From NCBI GenBank assembly GCA_965541585.1, contig CBEUCH010000012.1, positions 49,021 through 113,020 of the forward strand: 64,000 nt of DNA, written 5' to 3'. This DNA comes from an uncultured bacterium. GTDB taxonomy: Bacteria; Zixibacteria; MSB-5A5; UBA10806. The notes below the pieces were generated by a model, which ran no database searches, had not been told where the DNA came from, and saw nothing but the letters and a program-made list of their open reading frames with translations. A program made the translations under genes and the position numbers. This document shows, piece by piece, positions 41,689 to 52,390 of this stretch (positions within the stretch are counted from its first letter, which is position 1; the number at the start of each line of letters is the position of its first letter).

Positions 41689-42665
41689 TGTATTCCATCC
41701 TGATATCCCTTCTTATGCAGACCAATCTGGTTGCATATAGTCCGGAGCTCGATAAGTTTTTTGATTCCGGCGACTTCGAATCGGCATACCATATATTGCT
41801 GGATGAGTTCGACAGGCAACCCGGCGATGAGGCAACCCTTTATCTTTTGGGAACGACTGCTCCTATAGGAACAAGATCATCGTTATATATGAAGGAATAT
41901 CTGCAAAAATACCCCGATGGGCCCAATGCCATGCGAGTCCGTAGCAATCTACTCGATTATTATTCGGCCGCAGGTCTAAAAATAACCGCCGGCAAGCTGA
42001 TACCCGATGAGCCTGCCTGGAAATTTCTGTCGACGCATGATCTTTATAAGGTCGCGATTATCAAGCAGCAGCTTGGCGAGTACGCAGAAGCCAGGCAATT
42101 ATTTCAACATATCGTTGCCGGTAGTCAGGGTGAAATGGCAGCTTGGGGTTACCTGGCGCTATCAGACTGTGACCTCTTGAGCGGAGATTACCAGGCGGCT
42201 CTAAAGGGTTACCGGACCGTTATCGAACGCTTCTCCGATCTGCCCCCTTTCCCTTTTGCCCTTGTCGGGCTGTCGGAAGCGTATCGGCGGATGGGGGAAG
42301 TCGATAAGGCGTGGTCATACTACCAGCTTTACAGGGAGAAATACGAAATGGCTCCCGGATCGATCGAGATTGAAACCGCTATCATGGAGAAAGACGCAGA
42401 CGCTCACGACAACGATTTGCCGGCCATTCTCGATGTCGATTACTATGTCCAGGTGGGGATTTTTGCCCATAAGTCGAATGCCAAAACCTGTGTAAGAAAG
42501 TTCAGAAATACAGGCCATAGATCTCGCATGCAGGATTTTCGCGAGGGGGGCAAGACCTTTTACAGAGTGATCGTCGGCCCATATGAAAGCGAGAAAATCG
42601 CATACAGAAAAAAGCTCGAACTCGAAAATTCCCAAGGGGAGGAGTATTTGATAGTCCTTCAGTAA
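41688..42665 (+). CDS. TPR plus SPOR domain protein
   Basis: YYVQVGIF..K.NA...YRVIVGPY SPOR signature; ATG overlaps the upstream TGA. Confidence 0.8.
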   Translation: MYSILISLLMQTNLVAYSPELDKFFDSGDFESAYHILLDEFDRQPGDEATLYLLGTTAPIGTRSSLYMKEYLQKYPDGPNAMRVRSNLLDYYSAAGLKITAGKLIPDEPAWKFLSTHDLYKVAIIKQQLGEYAEARQLFQHIVAGSQGEMAAWGYLALSDCDLLSGDYQAALKGYRTVIERFSDLPPFPFALVGLSEAYRRMGEVDKAWSYYQLYREKYEMAPGSIEIETAIMEKDADAHDNDLPAILDVDYYVQVGIFAHKSNAKTCVRKFRNTGHRSRMQDFREGGKTFYRVIVGPYESEKIAYRKKLELENSQGEEYLIVLQ

Positions 42666-42699
42666 ACCGGTTGCATCACCAGAAAATACGGTTCCGACA

Positions 42700-45309
42700 A
42701 TGAAGACGATTCAAAAACTGACCCCCCTCTTAAAACAGTATTTCGCCATAAAGAATAAACATCCTGAACGAATCCTGTTTTTCAGGATGGGCGATTTTTA
42801 CGAGCTTTTCGGCGACGATGCTGTGGTGGCCTCTTCCATCCTCGGGATTGCCCTGACCTCAAGAGGGCATGGCAATTCCGGTAAATTGCCTCTGGCCGGC
42901 ATTCCCTATCACACACTGGATCGATATCTCGTCAAAATTCTGAAGGCCGGGCATAAGGTAGCCGTTTGCGATCAGGTGGAGGATCCGAAAAAGGCCAAGG
43001 GAATAGTCAAGCGAGAGGTCGTCGAGGTCTTTACGCCTGGCAGCGTGACCCTTGATAATGCTCTCGATGACAAAAAGCCGAGCTGCCTGGCATCAATAAA
43101 TATTCAAGATGGAGTTGCAGGTATTGCCGTGCTGGATATCTCAACCGGGCGGTTTATCGTGGATGAGTTCGAGGAGACCAATCTCGGGGACAACCTGGCC
43201 TTCCACGATCCCTCGGAGGTGGTCATCCCTGAAGCCCTTAAAAGTCGCATGGAGAAAATATTGAAGTCTATTTTGCCCGCTACCACGGTTACTCCCATCG
43301 ATGATTATCGCTTTGAAAGCTCCATGGCATACAATGACCTGATCACCCATTTCGGCACCGATGGCCTTGATGGTTTTGGCCTGGGGAACATAACCCATGC
43401 TCTGGGCGCCGCGGGTGCCGCACTGGCCTACGTTAAAGATCTGAAGATGGGCAAAATCGGACAGATCACGAGGATCGAGAGGCTGCGCAGGGACCAGTGC
43501 ATGGAACTCGATGCCGCCACTATAAAAAATCTCGAACTGATCGCAACGCCCTACGAAGGACGAAGGAATTCTTTACTATCGGTATTGGATCTTACTCTCA
43601 GCGCTCCCGGTGGAAGGCTTCTGAGAAGGTGGATCTTATCCCCTCTAACGGATTTGAAAATGATAGGGGATAGGCAAACAGCGATAACGGTTTTTTTGAA
43701 ATCCGAAGGTTCTCGCAAGTCGATGATATCTTCACTCAAAGGTATACCGGACCTTGAGCGCCTGGCTTCCAAAATCGCCATGAGAAAAGCAGGCCCCCGC
43801 GATATCATAAATCTCAAATCAGGTTTGAGAAAGGTCAGAGATCTTAAAGCCGACGCCAGAGGCATAAGATCATCGCTCATTAAAAAAACGGTCGATCCCA
43901 TATGTTCGTTCGATGATCTTATCCGGATAATCGATAATGCAATCGTGGACGAACCACCGGCAATGCTCTCTGATAGCGGCCTTTTCAAAAGTGGATTCTC
44001 GGCCGATCTCGACCGGCTGGAGGCAGAGATCGAGGAGGCTAAAAGCTACATCCATAATCTTCAAAAAATCGAGAGGCAAAAGACCAAAATTCCATCTCTT
44101 AAGGTCGGCTATAACCGTATCTTCGGATATTATCTCGAAATCACGCGGCCTCACCTCTCAAAGGTCCCGGAACATTATATCAGAAAGCAGACCTTGGTTT
44201 CCGCGGAGAGGTTTATAACCGAGGAATTGAAAGCCAGAGAAGAGACCATCTTAAATGCCGAGGAGAAAATCAGAGCGATAGAGTATGAGCTATATGATAA
44301 GCTTCTCGATACTCTCAGTGCCAGGATTACCGATATTCAAAGTGCTGCAGACGCAATAGCGATTCTGGACGTCCTTCTGGGATTCGCCGCACTGGCAGAG
44401 GATACTGCTTACGTGATGCCGAAGCTTGATAACAGCCTGAGGATTAATATATCCGAGAGCCGCCATCCGGTGATGGAGCGAATGCTGGCGGCCGGCAAAT
44501 TTATACCCAATGATATAATTATGGATGGCTCAAGCAAGAGGATGGCTATTATTACCGGCCCCAACATGGCGGGTAAATCGACTTACCTCAGGCAGGTCGG
44601 ATTGATAGTCATTATGGCACAGATGGGCGCACCCGTTCCGGCCAAATCGGCGAAAATCGGGATTTGCGATAGAATCTTCACCAGAGTAGGGGCCTCCGAC
44701 GATATTCTCAGAGGAAGATCGACCTTTATGGTGGAGATGACGGAAGCCTCGGCTATAATCAACAACGCCACCGACAGGAGCCTGATTCTGCTCGATGAGT
44801 TAGGCCGGGGAACGTCCACATACGACGGTCTGGCAATCGCCTGGTCGCTGGTCGAGTATCTCAATCGTATAGAGGGTAGAAAGGCACGCACTTTATTTGC
44901 CACTCATTATCATGAGCTGATCGAACTAGCCGAAAAGACTGATGGGATAATCAATCTCCAGGTGGCGGTCAAGCAATGGCAGGATTCAATTGTTTTTCTC
45001 TATAAAATCGAGCCCGGCGGCTGCGATGATTCATATGGAATACAGGTAGCCAGATTAGCCGGCCTCCCGGAGAGGCTTCTGGATCGGGCGAAGGAGATTC
45101 TTGCCCTGCTGGAGACCGGTCATACGCCCGGCGGAGAGGCTGCCGTCGAAAGAGCCGGAACGGCCGCATACCAGATATCGCTGTTCTCCCCGGAGGAGAA
45201 TCGCCTCAGGGAATTATTGGATGAAGTCGATCCTGATAAATTGACTCCCCTCGAGGCTTTGAGTATATTGAACAAAATGAAAAAATCAGTCGAGGAAGGT
45301 GGAAAATGA
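42700..45309 (+). CDS. mutS: DNA mismatch repair protein MutS
   Basis: GDFYELF, TGPNMAGKSTY, STFMVEM, DELGRGTST, SYGIQVA. Confidence 0.97.
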   Translation: MKTIQKLTPLLKQYFAIKNKHPERILFFRMGDFYELFGDDAVVASSILGIALTSRGHGNSGKLPLAGIPYHTLDRYLVKILKAGHKVAVCDQVEDPKKAKGIVKREVVEVFTPGSVTLDNALDDKKPSCLASINIQDGVAGIAVLDISTGRFIVDEFEETNLGDNLAFHDPSEVVIPEALKSRMEKILKSILPATTVTPIDDYRFESSMAYNDLITHFGTDGLDGFGLGNITHALGAAGAALAYVKDLKMGKIGQITRIERLRRDQCMELDAATIKNLELIATPYEGRRNSLLSVLDLTLSAPGGRLLRRWILSPLTDLKMIGDRQTAITVFLKSEGSRKSMISSLKGIPDLERLASKIAMRKAGPRDIINLKSGLRKVRDLKADARGIRSSLIKKTVDPICSFDDLIRIIDNAIVDEPPAMLSDSGLFKSGFSADLDRLEAEIEEAKSYIHNLQKIERQKTKIPSLKVGYNRIFGYYLEITRPHLSKVPEHYIRKQTLVSAERFITEELKAREETILNAEEKIRAIEYELYDKLLDTLSARITDIQSAADAIAILDVLLGFAALAEDTAYVMPKLDNSLRINISESRHPVMERMLAAGKFIPNDIIMDGSSKRMAIITGPNMAGKSTYLRQVGLIVIMAQMGAPVPAKSAKIGICDRIFTRVGASDDILRGRSTFMVEMTEASAIINNATDRSLILLDELGRGTSTYDGLAIAWSLVEYLNRIEGRKARTLFATHYHELIELAEKTDGIINLQVAVKQWQDSIVFLYKIEPGGCDDSYGIQVARLAGLPERLLDRAKEILALLETGHTPGGEAAVERAGTAAYQISLFSPEENRLRELLDEVDPDKLTPLEALSILNKMKKSVEEGGK

Positions 45310-45519
45310 AATTCCTTGTAATAGCTTGTTCCACCCTGATATTCTTGCCTGCGTTTTCCGATATTGCGACCGCCCCAATGAAATATTTTCTAATATCCGA
45401 TGATTAGACCCATGTTTCCAAAAGACCGCAAAAAAATACAATAATTTTCAATAAAACCGTCATTTTCCCTTGACTTTTGTAGCAGAATATTATGATTATT
45501 ATCATGATGTTAGAGTTAT

Positions 45520-45537
45520 ATGTGAATTTACTCACAA
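45520..45537. promoter_or_regulatory. Rex/CRP-like operator 1
   Basis: ATGTGAATTTACTCACAA (TGTGA-N6-TCACA). Confidence 0.6.
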
Positions 45538-45646
45538 TTTCGACGGGGCTTACAGGCTCTTCAAGCGATAAATTGCATCAATTTCCCGGCTTCTCTATTG
45601 ATTCATGGCTACAAATATTAGCAGGTGGATTTAATGATAGGGTTTT

Positions 45647-45664
45647 ATGTGAAGATATTCACAA
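45647..45664. promoter_or_regulatory. Rex/CRP-like operator 2
   Basis: ATGTGAAGATATTCACAA (TGTGAA-N4-TTCACAA). Confidence 0.65.
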
Positions 45665-45744
45665 TGTTGATTAAGAACTAAATTCTTGGGGACCGATGAG
45701 AATTAGCCCCGAAATTGAACCAACAAAAGTACGAGGAGGTGCCT

Positions 45745-46725
45745 ATGTCATTTAGGCGAATGATCTTTTACTCAGGAATGCTGGCAGCGATGTTCCTGAT
45801 TATCGGCTGCGAGGGCGATCAAGGCCCGGCAGGTCCTGAAGGAACCGCCACTTGCGTGGAGTGCCATAACGACGATACCCGGATTGCGGCTATCGCCGGT
45901 CAGTGGGCGAATTCTACCCATGCCACCGGAGGCAATTTTGAGCGCAACTCATCGTCCTGCTCGAGATGCCATACCAGCGAAGGCTTCGTCTCTTATCTGG
46001 ATACCGGTGAGGGTGGCAGCCCGGAAAATCCGTCGGCTATCGGCTGCTTTACCTGCCACGAGCCGCACACTAACTATAACTTCGATCTTAGAGCAACCGA
46101 TCCCGTTGAATTGATGCTGGGAGGGACGTTCGACCAGGGCGACGGCAACCTTTGCGCCAATTGCCATCAAGGCCGCACACCCAGTCCGGAAATACCGGAA
46201 AGCGGTACCATTACTATAACCTCTTCTCGCTTCGGCGTTCATCATGGCCCGCAGGCCAACATTCTTATGGGGAGTGGCGCTTATGTCTTTACAGGGGCAA
46301 GCTATGGCTCGTCACACGGGCCTAACGTCTCTAATGGCTGCCCGACATGTCATATGGCGTCGCCTTATGGTGTTCAGGCGGGCGGCCATACGTGGGATCT
46401 GATATATCTGTATCATGGAGGTGATACAGATCTCGTTGAAGGCTGCAATATTAGTGAATGTCATAACGGCAATGTTGACGACTTTGAGCACGGAGACGTG
46501 CAGGCCGATATCCAGGCCCTGCTTCTTACTCTCAGCGATATTCTTATCAATGACGTTGGGATTATGAATGACAGTGAGCAATCAATAGAAGGGGATTGGC
46601 CCGTCGCAGCAGCAGGGGCGTTTCTTAATTATAAGATGATTCTCGAGGATCGCTCCCTGGGCATTCATAATCCAGCTTATGTAGAAGATGTCCTGGATGC
46701 CTCAATTGCCGCTGTAGGCCCGTAA
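45745..46725 (+). CDS. Multiheme c-type cytochrome lipoprotein (5 CxxCH plus 1 CX4CH)
   Basis: Lipobox IIGC; CVECH, CSRCH, CFTCH, CANCH, CPTCH, CNISECH; GGAGG SD. Confidence 0.9.
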   Translation: MSFRRMIFYSGMLAAMFLIIGCEGDQGPAGPEGTATCVECHNDDTRIAAIAGQWANSTHATGGNFERNSSSCSRCHTSEGFVSYLDTGEGGSPENPSAIGCFTCHEPHTNYNFDLRATDPVELMLGGTFDQGDGNLCANCHQGRTPSPEIPESGTITITSSRFGVHHGPQANILMGSGAYVFTGASYGSSHGPNVSNGCPTCHMASPYGVQAGGHTWDLIYLYHGGDTDLVEGCNISECHNGNVDDFEHGDVQADIQALLLTLSDILINDVGIMNDSEQSIEGDWPVAAAGAFLNYKMILEDRSLGIHNPAYVEDVLDASIAAVGP

Positions 46726-46748
46726 GATTATTTCGGAATCTCGGTAAA

Positions 46749-46782
46749 GAAATCCCGCCTCCTGCAGGCGGGATTTCATTTT
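46749..46782. terminator. Hairpin terminator between convergent cytochrome genes
   Basis: GAAATCCCGCCT-CCTGC-AGGCGGGATTTC. Confidence 0.75.
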
Positions 46783-46810
46783 AGTGATTATACGAAGGAT
46801 GTGGTTTTCG

Positions 46811-47905
46811 TTAATTCCCGTGTATCCCCGGTGCATATTGGGCAGCCCATTCGAGATCACGGCTTATATGACAGGATGATAAGCATGCGAAATTCAGGCC
46901 GTTGAAGCCTCTGGAATAAGTGCTGCCGTTTTCATCATAGAATTGGGTTAAAGTGGTATCCGAGTTGATTGCAAAGATATGCGAGCGGATATCGCCCCTC
47001 AAATAGACTCCTTCACCGGACGAGACTGCGGATTTCACGCTTTTGGGCATATGGCAGAGAACGCATTCAGAAGTTCCGTCATGATTGATTGTTGTCGCCA
47101 TATGACAATCGGTGCAGACCCTCGATATAGCCTCCTCAGCGTTGTATTTGGTGCTCTTATGAGGGGCGTGGCAGCTTACGCAGAACAAGGCACCGTGCTC
47201 GGCGCTCAACATTTCATCATATTGCTCGTGATGTCGGATAAGACCGCCGGAGGCCAGTATCCGATGATCCTCCGAACGATAGTGACATTCTCCGCAGAGA
47301 TAGGCTGACCTGTCGATAGTCATCGAGTATTCTTCGGGGTCAATGGCGTGCCGGCTTCCGGGGCCATGGCATGCTTCGCATGTAATGCCCGGTTCGGCCC
47401 AGGTTCCAACTATCCCCGGAAGTCCATCCTGATGTTCGATTTCTGAAGCCTCGTAGCCGGTAGTATGGCAACGTCCGCAATCATAAGGCTTGGTTCCCGG
47501 GGCTTCGCTGGCGTGATAGCCGACCCATTCCCGGGTCTCCAGATTCCATTGGACCGCCGAACCCGTAATAATATACCCGTTATTATCGATAAACCGGGCT
47601 TTCCAGCCGAAACCGCCTATCACATAAGCTATATCACTCCATGAGTATCCATCGGGTGGCCCGGGCATATCCGGGACAAAATCGGGATATCCGGGCGGCA
47701 TTCCGGCGCGTACCTTATTCAGCTTATATGGATGGCCGGTTTCCAGGAATTCGTCATAGACCTCCGCGTGACAGAAATTGCATGTAGCCGCTCCCACGTA
47801 TGATGCGGCCTCCGGCTCGGCGATCGTTATATCTTTCTCTTTCGAGCATCCCTGGATTGCAAGCAATAATGGCAAACAGATGAAGGATAAAAATAGCTTC
47901 CTCAT
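46811..47905 (-). CDS. Multiheme c-type cytochrome lipoprotein (7 CxxCH plus 1 CX3CH)
   Basis: Lipobox IQGC; CNFCH, CGRCH, CEACH, CGECH, CVSCH, CTDCH, CVLCH, CLSSCH. Confidence 0.9.
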   Translation of the reverse strand: MRKLFLSFICLPLLLAIQGCSKEKDITIAEPEAASYVGAATCNFCHAEVYDEFLETGHPYKLNKVRAGMPPGYPDFVPDMPGPPDGYSWSDIAYVIGGFGWKARFIDNNGYIITGSAVQWNLETREWVGYHASEAPGTKPYDCGRCHTTGYEASEIEHQDGLPGIVGTWAEPGITCEACHGPGSRHAIDPEEYSMTIDRSAYLCGECHYRSEDHRILASGGLIRHHEQYDEMLSAEHGALFCVSCHAPHKSTKYNAEEAISRVCTDCHMATTINHDGTSECVLCHMPKSVKSAVSSGEGVYLRGDIRSHIFAINSDTTLTQFYDENGSTYSRGFNGLNFACLSSCHISRDLEWAAQYAPGIHGN

Positions 47906-48342
47906 TTGATACCCCTTTCTTTAAGCAGCCTTAATATAGAGGCTTTTAAATACCAGTTTTCCTCTGCCATTTGTCAAACGTTCTCAACCCGACTCACCAA
48001 AACAGACGATCCCCTTCGAATTCCGCAATACTATTTCATCTCCAACTGTAATGGACATGGAGACTATTGTCAATAAAAATGCTATCTTTGCTTTCTGCCC
48101 GGAAATATAAGACGATCCAATTCCTTGAGGACGGATATGCGTGCGGCCGCTATTCAGGGCGAATCTCGAACAAAAGGGATTATTAAAGATGATCCGGGAA
48201 TTTTCAGCAGGATTTTGAATATTTTCCGGATTCTGATCGTAAAAGATCGGGGAGGTGCTCAGCGATTTCGATCTTGATGCTTGACGGCTTTGCCGTGGCG
48301 CGGTAGATTTTAAGGGTTGGTTAAATTGGAGGGAGGATTTTC

Positions 48343-49092
48343 TTGCACACATATTTGATCTATTCACAGAGCCTGCTTTTGCTTAATCCCGGCAGGGGAA
48401 GCTTAATAGAAGATATCGCCGGTATGACCCTTTTTTCCAAGGGTATAATGGCGATTCTTCTGTTTATGTCGATTGTCTCATGGGCGATTATGGTCTTCAA
48501 GTATTTCAAAACCAGGAAAATTCATGCCCAGACCGATAGATTCCTGCGCGGGTTTCGCAGGCGTAAGGGTATCGATGATTTCCTGGGAGAATCACGAGGT
48601 TTTAGATTGACTCCATTTATCAGCATGTTGGAGATCGCCTACACTGAAATAAAAGGCATTGTCCAGCGGCGAACATACTCAAGTAATCCCACCTCGAAAA
48701 CGCATGTAACCGATGACGAACTCGATCTGGTGGCGGATGCAATTGATCGCGCCGGGGCCGAGGGGGTGGCTACGCTGGAATCCGGTATCATATTTCTGGC
48801 AACCACCGCCAATGCGGCGCCCTTTCTCGGGCTGCTGGGCACGGTGATCGGCATTTATGTCGCTTTCAAAGATATAGGCGCCCGCGGCACGGCGACTCTG
48901 GGCGTAGTTGCGCCCGCCATAGCCGAGGCGCTGATCGCCACTGCGGCCGGGCTGGCGGTCGCCATACCGGCGCTTGTCGCATATAACTATTTTGTAAGCA
49001 GAAACCGTCTCATGGCCGATAGAATAGACAATTTCAAATCGGAGCTTTTCTCGGCCTTCAAAAAGGAGCTGGAGACAATTGAGGAGGTTTAA
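48343..49092 (+). CDS. tolQ: TolQ/ExbB proton channel
   Basis: APFLGLLGTVIGI, IAEALIATAAGL.VAIPA; tol-pal context. Confidence 0.9.
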   Translation: MHTYLIYSQSLLLLNPGRGSLIEDIAGMTLFSKGIMAILLFMSIVSWAIMVFKYFKTRKIHAQTDRFLRGFRRRKGIDDFLGESRGFRLTPFISMLEIAYTEIKGIVQRRTYSSNPTSKTHVTDDELDLVADAIDRAGAEGVATLESGIIFLATTANAAPFLGLLGTVIGIYVAFKDIGARGTATLGVVAPAIAEALIATAAGLAVAIPALVAYNYFVSRNRLMADRIDNFKSELFSAFKKELETIEEV

Positions 49093-49486
49093 GAGAGAAT
49101 ATCACCCCATGGCCGAAATAAATGTAACCAATCTGGTGGACGTGGTCCTGGTTCTCCTTATCGTCTTTATGATCTCGGCACCCATGATGCAGGCCGGCGT
49201 CGAAATAGACCTGCCTAAAGCCTCCGAATCTCCCAGGGACGTTTCCGCAGGTATTATCATCTCCATAGATAAAAAACAGCAGATCTATATCGATCGGTAT
49301 AAGATCTCGATGGACCAGTTCGAATCCCGCCTCAAAACTATACGGGAGGTCAAAAAATTTCGGCCGATATTTATCAGAGCGGATAAAAGCGTTCCCTATG
49401 GCGTGGTGATTGAATTGATGGCCAAAATCAAGAAAATGGGTATCGAAAACGTCGGTCTGGTTACGGAGCCGGAGAGAAGGCTATGA
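49079..49486 (+). CDS. tolR: TolR/ExbD
   Basis: EINVTNLVDVVLVLLIVFMISAP, RADKSVPYG. Confidence 0.9.
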   Translation: MRRFKREYHPMAEINVTNLVDVVLVLLIVFMISAPMMQAGVEIDLPKASESPRDVSAGIIISIDKKQQIYIDRYKISMDQFESRLKTIREVKKFRPIFIRADKSVPYGVVIELMAKIKKMGIENVGLVTEPERRL

Positions 49487-50166
49487 GATGGGCGGTCATC
49501 TCATCACTGATCATTCATGGCATATTCATCGGCCTGGTGTTCAAAGGCTCCCCGAAGAAGACAGGCCAATACCCGCCGGTCATGATGGTTCGGCTGGCTA
49601 CGCCACCAGCGGTTAAAGGGACCGCTAAGCCCGCATCGGTCGAGACCTCGGAAAAGACTCCCGCAAGAAAAGCAGAGAAGATCGAGCGCCGGAAGGATAA
49701 GCCTCGCCTGGCTGAAGTTAACAAACGTAAAAAACCGGAACGGAAAAAGAAAACGTCCCCACCGGAGCCGCAGGTAGAGAAAGATCCCTCTGCTGAAAAG
49801 ACAGATGAGGTGGAGAGAAAGGGTCTTCCGGAAGGTGTCGAGCTGGGTTCCGAGTTCGGTTCCGCCCGGCTGGACGCAACCGGATTCGATTCGCCTTATT
49901 ACCTGAATGTCCTTTTCAGTAAGATCAGAAATAGGTGGGATAATCCGTACGAGGGGATAGATACGGTTGGTTGCACGATCTATTTTGTAATTGATAGAAA
50001 GGGCAAGATTGTAGATTCCGCCATAGAAAACTCATCAGGTCTATCAGCCTATGATCACGCGGCACTCAGGGCTGTGCTGGCCGCAAGACCGCCGCCTTTG
50101 CCGAATCAGTTCGGCTCCGAGGAATTGGGGATACATCTGCAATTCAGATACCTCCCTTATAATTGA
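49483..50166 (+). CDS. TolA/TonB C-terminal domain protein
   Basis: N-terminal S..IH anchor, Lys/Pro/Glu linker, Y....KI..RW...SSG...YD.AAL. Confidence 0.8.
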   Translation: MRWAVISSLIIHGIFIGLVFKGSPKKTGQYPPVMMVRLATPPAVKGTAKPASVETSEKTPARKAEKIERRKDKPRLAEVNKRKKPERKKKTSPPEPQVEKDPSAEKTDEVERKGLPEGVELGSEFGSARLDATGFDSPYYLNVLFSKIRNRWDNPYEGIDTVGCTIYFVIDRKGKIVDSAIENSSGLSAYDHAALRAVLAARPPPLPNQFGSEELGIHLQFRYLPYN

Positions 50167-51551
50167 TGCACCCGGGTAGGACCTCTCTGCGGAATAAATT
50201 GACATCTCGATATCGGTGGAATATATTCGCCAGCGCTATGATTGGAAAGGTGACGTTTGCGATATTCATCTCGATATTGATCCTGGCAACCGGCAGTGTA
50301 TTTTCACAGACCCGGCCGGAAGTAGGCGGGACTATCACCATTGGCCCCATAACAGAACTTTTAAGCATTGCAGTTGAGGATTTTCAGACGCCGACGGGAT
50401 TTGTAACACCGGAGGACAGCCTGCTGGTCTGGGATTTGAATAGAATCCTGACCGATGACCTGGCATTTTCGCTCTATTTCAACGTTGTCGATGTTGATTC
50501 CTCTTTTCTCGCCAGCTTCACGGATGGGAAGACGAGCATCGATGATTGGATATATTTTGGGGCTCAACTGCTTGTTTCGGCAAGGATCGAGCGCGAGGGA
50601 GATGGTCTTCTGTTCACGGTGGATGTGACCGATATTTTCCGCAACAGAAACATCTACAACCGAGATTTTATCGGCTCCATAGAGCGATACCGATATCTGG
50701 CTCACGACGCGGCGGCGGATATCTTATTCAACCTGACGGGTGAGGAGGGCAGCTATTCTTCGAGGATCGTTTACACCTCCGATGCCACCGGGAATTTTGA
50801 AATAAATACATGTGATTTCGATGGTTATGCCCCGCTGCAGATTACGCATGATAAATCGATTAATGTGCTACCCTCGTGGGGCTACGATGGAGAGCGAATT
50901 TTCTATACCGGCTATATAAACGGCAATCCGGACCTCTTTGCATATATCGTAAATCAGGAGAAAAGCTACGTGGTGTCGAACAGGGCGGGGCTGAATTCGG
51001 CTGCCTCGGAAAGTCCTGACGGCAAATTTATCGCCTGCACCCTTACGATCGCCGGAAATTCCGAAATATATCTGCTGGACGCTTCGGGCAGAATTATCAG
51101 GCGGCTGACATACACATCCATGATCGATTCGGCTCCTACCTGGTCGCCCTCCTCGCGAGAAATTGCATTCACTTCCGATAGAACCGGAACACCCCAGATT
51201 TATGTCACCGATATTGAGGGCCTCAATACTCGACGATTGACCTACAGCGGCAATTATAACGATCAGGCTTCATGGTCTCCCAGGGGTGATCTGATTGCAT
51301 ATTCGTCGCGGAAACTTGAGGGTTTCCAGATCCATACTATCGATATAACCGGACAATATCCCCGGAAGCTGACAGAAATCGGTGCCAATGAAGCCCCGTC
51401 ATGGTCGCCAGACGGCCTGCATATTGTCTATTCGCATGTTGTCGACGGCCGCTACCAGCTGCACGTGATGGATTACAACGGCGGAAATAAGAGAAGATTT
51501 AAGCTGCCCGGTAATTGTAAGACACCCGAATGGTCCGGGAATTTGAGATGA
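50166..51551 (+). CDS. tolB: Tol-Pal beta-propeller protein TolB
   Basis: PD40 repeats (WSP..IAFTSDR.G.PQIY); TGATG coupling to the upstream gene. Confidence 0.9.
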   Translation: MHPGRTSLRNKLTSRYRWNIFASAMIGKVTFAIFISILILATGSVFSQTRPEVGGTITIGPITELLSIAVEDFQTPTGFVTPEDSLLVWDLNRILTDDLAFSLYFNVVDVDSSFLASFTDGKTSIDDWIYFGAQLLVSARIEREGDGLLFTVDVTDIFRNRNIYNRDFIGSIERYRYLAHDAAADILFNLTGEEGSYSSRIVYTSDATGNFEINTCDFDGYAPLQITHDKSINVLPSWGYDGERIFYTGYINGNPDLFAYIVNQEKSYVVSNRAGLNSAASESPDGKFIACTLTIAGNSEIYLLDASGRIIRRLTYTSMIDSAPTWSPSSREIAFTSDRTGTPQIYVTDIEGLNTRRLTYSGNYNDQASWSPRGDLIAYSSRKLEGFQIHTIDITGQYPRKLTEIGANEAPSWSPDGLHIVYSHVVDGRYQLHVMDYNGGNKRRFKLPGNCKTPEWSGNLR

Positions 51552-51741
51552 AAAACGGTATTGATATAATAAGTTTCTTAGCTTATTATAGCATCCGTGT
51601 AAAGATGCCATTACAAAATCCGGGGGTGGGCAGAAATCTTTATTAATATGGAGCAGACCAAAGAAAATTTGATTTGACAAAACCGAATCAATTTTAGAAT
51701 ATTGTTGCAAATTGAATGAAAGTGCCTTTAAGGAGGAGAAA

Positions 51742-52239
51742 ATGAAATTCAAGTATGTAGCGCTATTGATGCTCCTGATTGTATTTATTCTTGCCCTGGG
51801 CTGCGGCAAGAAGCCACCGCCGCCACCGCCGGAACCGCCACCGGTAGTCGAGCCGCCACCGCCGCCGCCTCCGCCGCCACCCCCACCCCCGCCACCACCA
51901 CCACGGGAACAGGTTATCATTAATTTCGATTTCGACAAATACAATCTGACGGCAGAGGCGCGTGATATCATGGCCGGCAATGCCAGTGCTCTCTCCGACC
52001 GCCCGGAGGCCATCATCAAGATCGAGGGGCATTGCGACGAGAGAGGCACCGACGAGTATAACATGTCTCTGGGTGAGAAGAGGGCTCAGACCGCTCGTGA
52101 TTATTTTGTAAACTACGGGATCGATCCCTCGAGAGTTTCGTTAATCTCATATGGTGAATCGATGCCTGCCGATCCGGGTCACAGCGAGGAGGCCTGGAGC
52201 AAGAATCGGCGCGACAATTTCGTGGTGGTTTCCGAGTAA
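51742..52239 (+). CDS. pal: Peptidoglycan-associated lipoprotein with polyproline linker
   Basis: Lipobox LALGC; IEGHCDERGTDEYNMSLGEKRA, SYGE..P, KNRR. Confidence 0.92.
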   Translation: MKFKYVALLMLLIVFILALGCGKKPPPPPPEPPPVVEPPPPPPPPPPPPPPPPPREQVIINFDFDKYNLTAEARDIMAGNASALSDRPEAIIKIEGHCDERGTDEYNMSLGEKRAQTARDYFVNYGIDPSRVSLISYGESMPADPGHSEEAWSKNRRDNFVVVSE

Positions 52240-52259
52240 CAACCTGGAAATCTGTCTTG

Positions 52260-52295
52260 GGGCCGGATCTTAACTGATCCGGCCCTTATTATTTT
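52260..52295 (+). terminator. Rho-independent terminator after pal
   Basis: GGGCCGGATC-TTAACT-GATCCGGCCC plus T-rich tail. Confidence 0.75.
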
Positions 52296-52390
52296 GGGAA
52301 CGAGTTGGAGGTTTGCGTCATAAAATACCTCATATGACATTTGATCCTGTTTGAGCGGATAAACGAAAATTTTGCCACAAAGGAGGGGAA

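Noticed and set aside
51399..52064. Poly-glycine minus-strand ORF
   Set aside because: Reverse complement of the pal polyproline codons.
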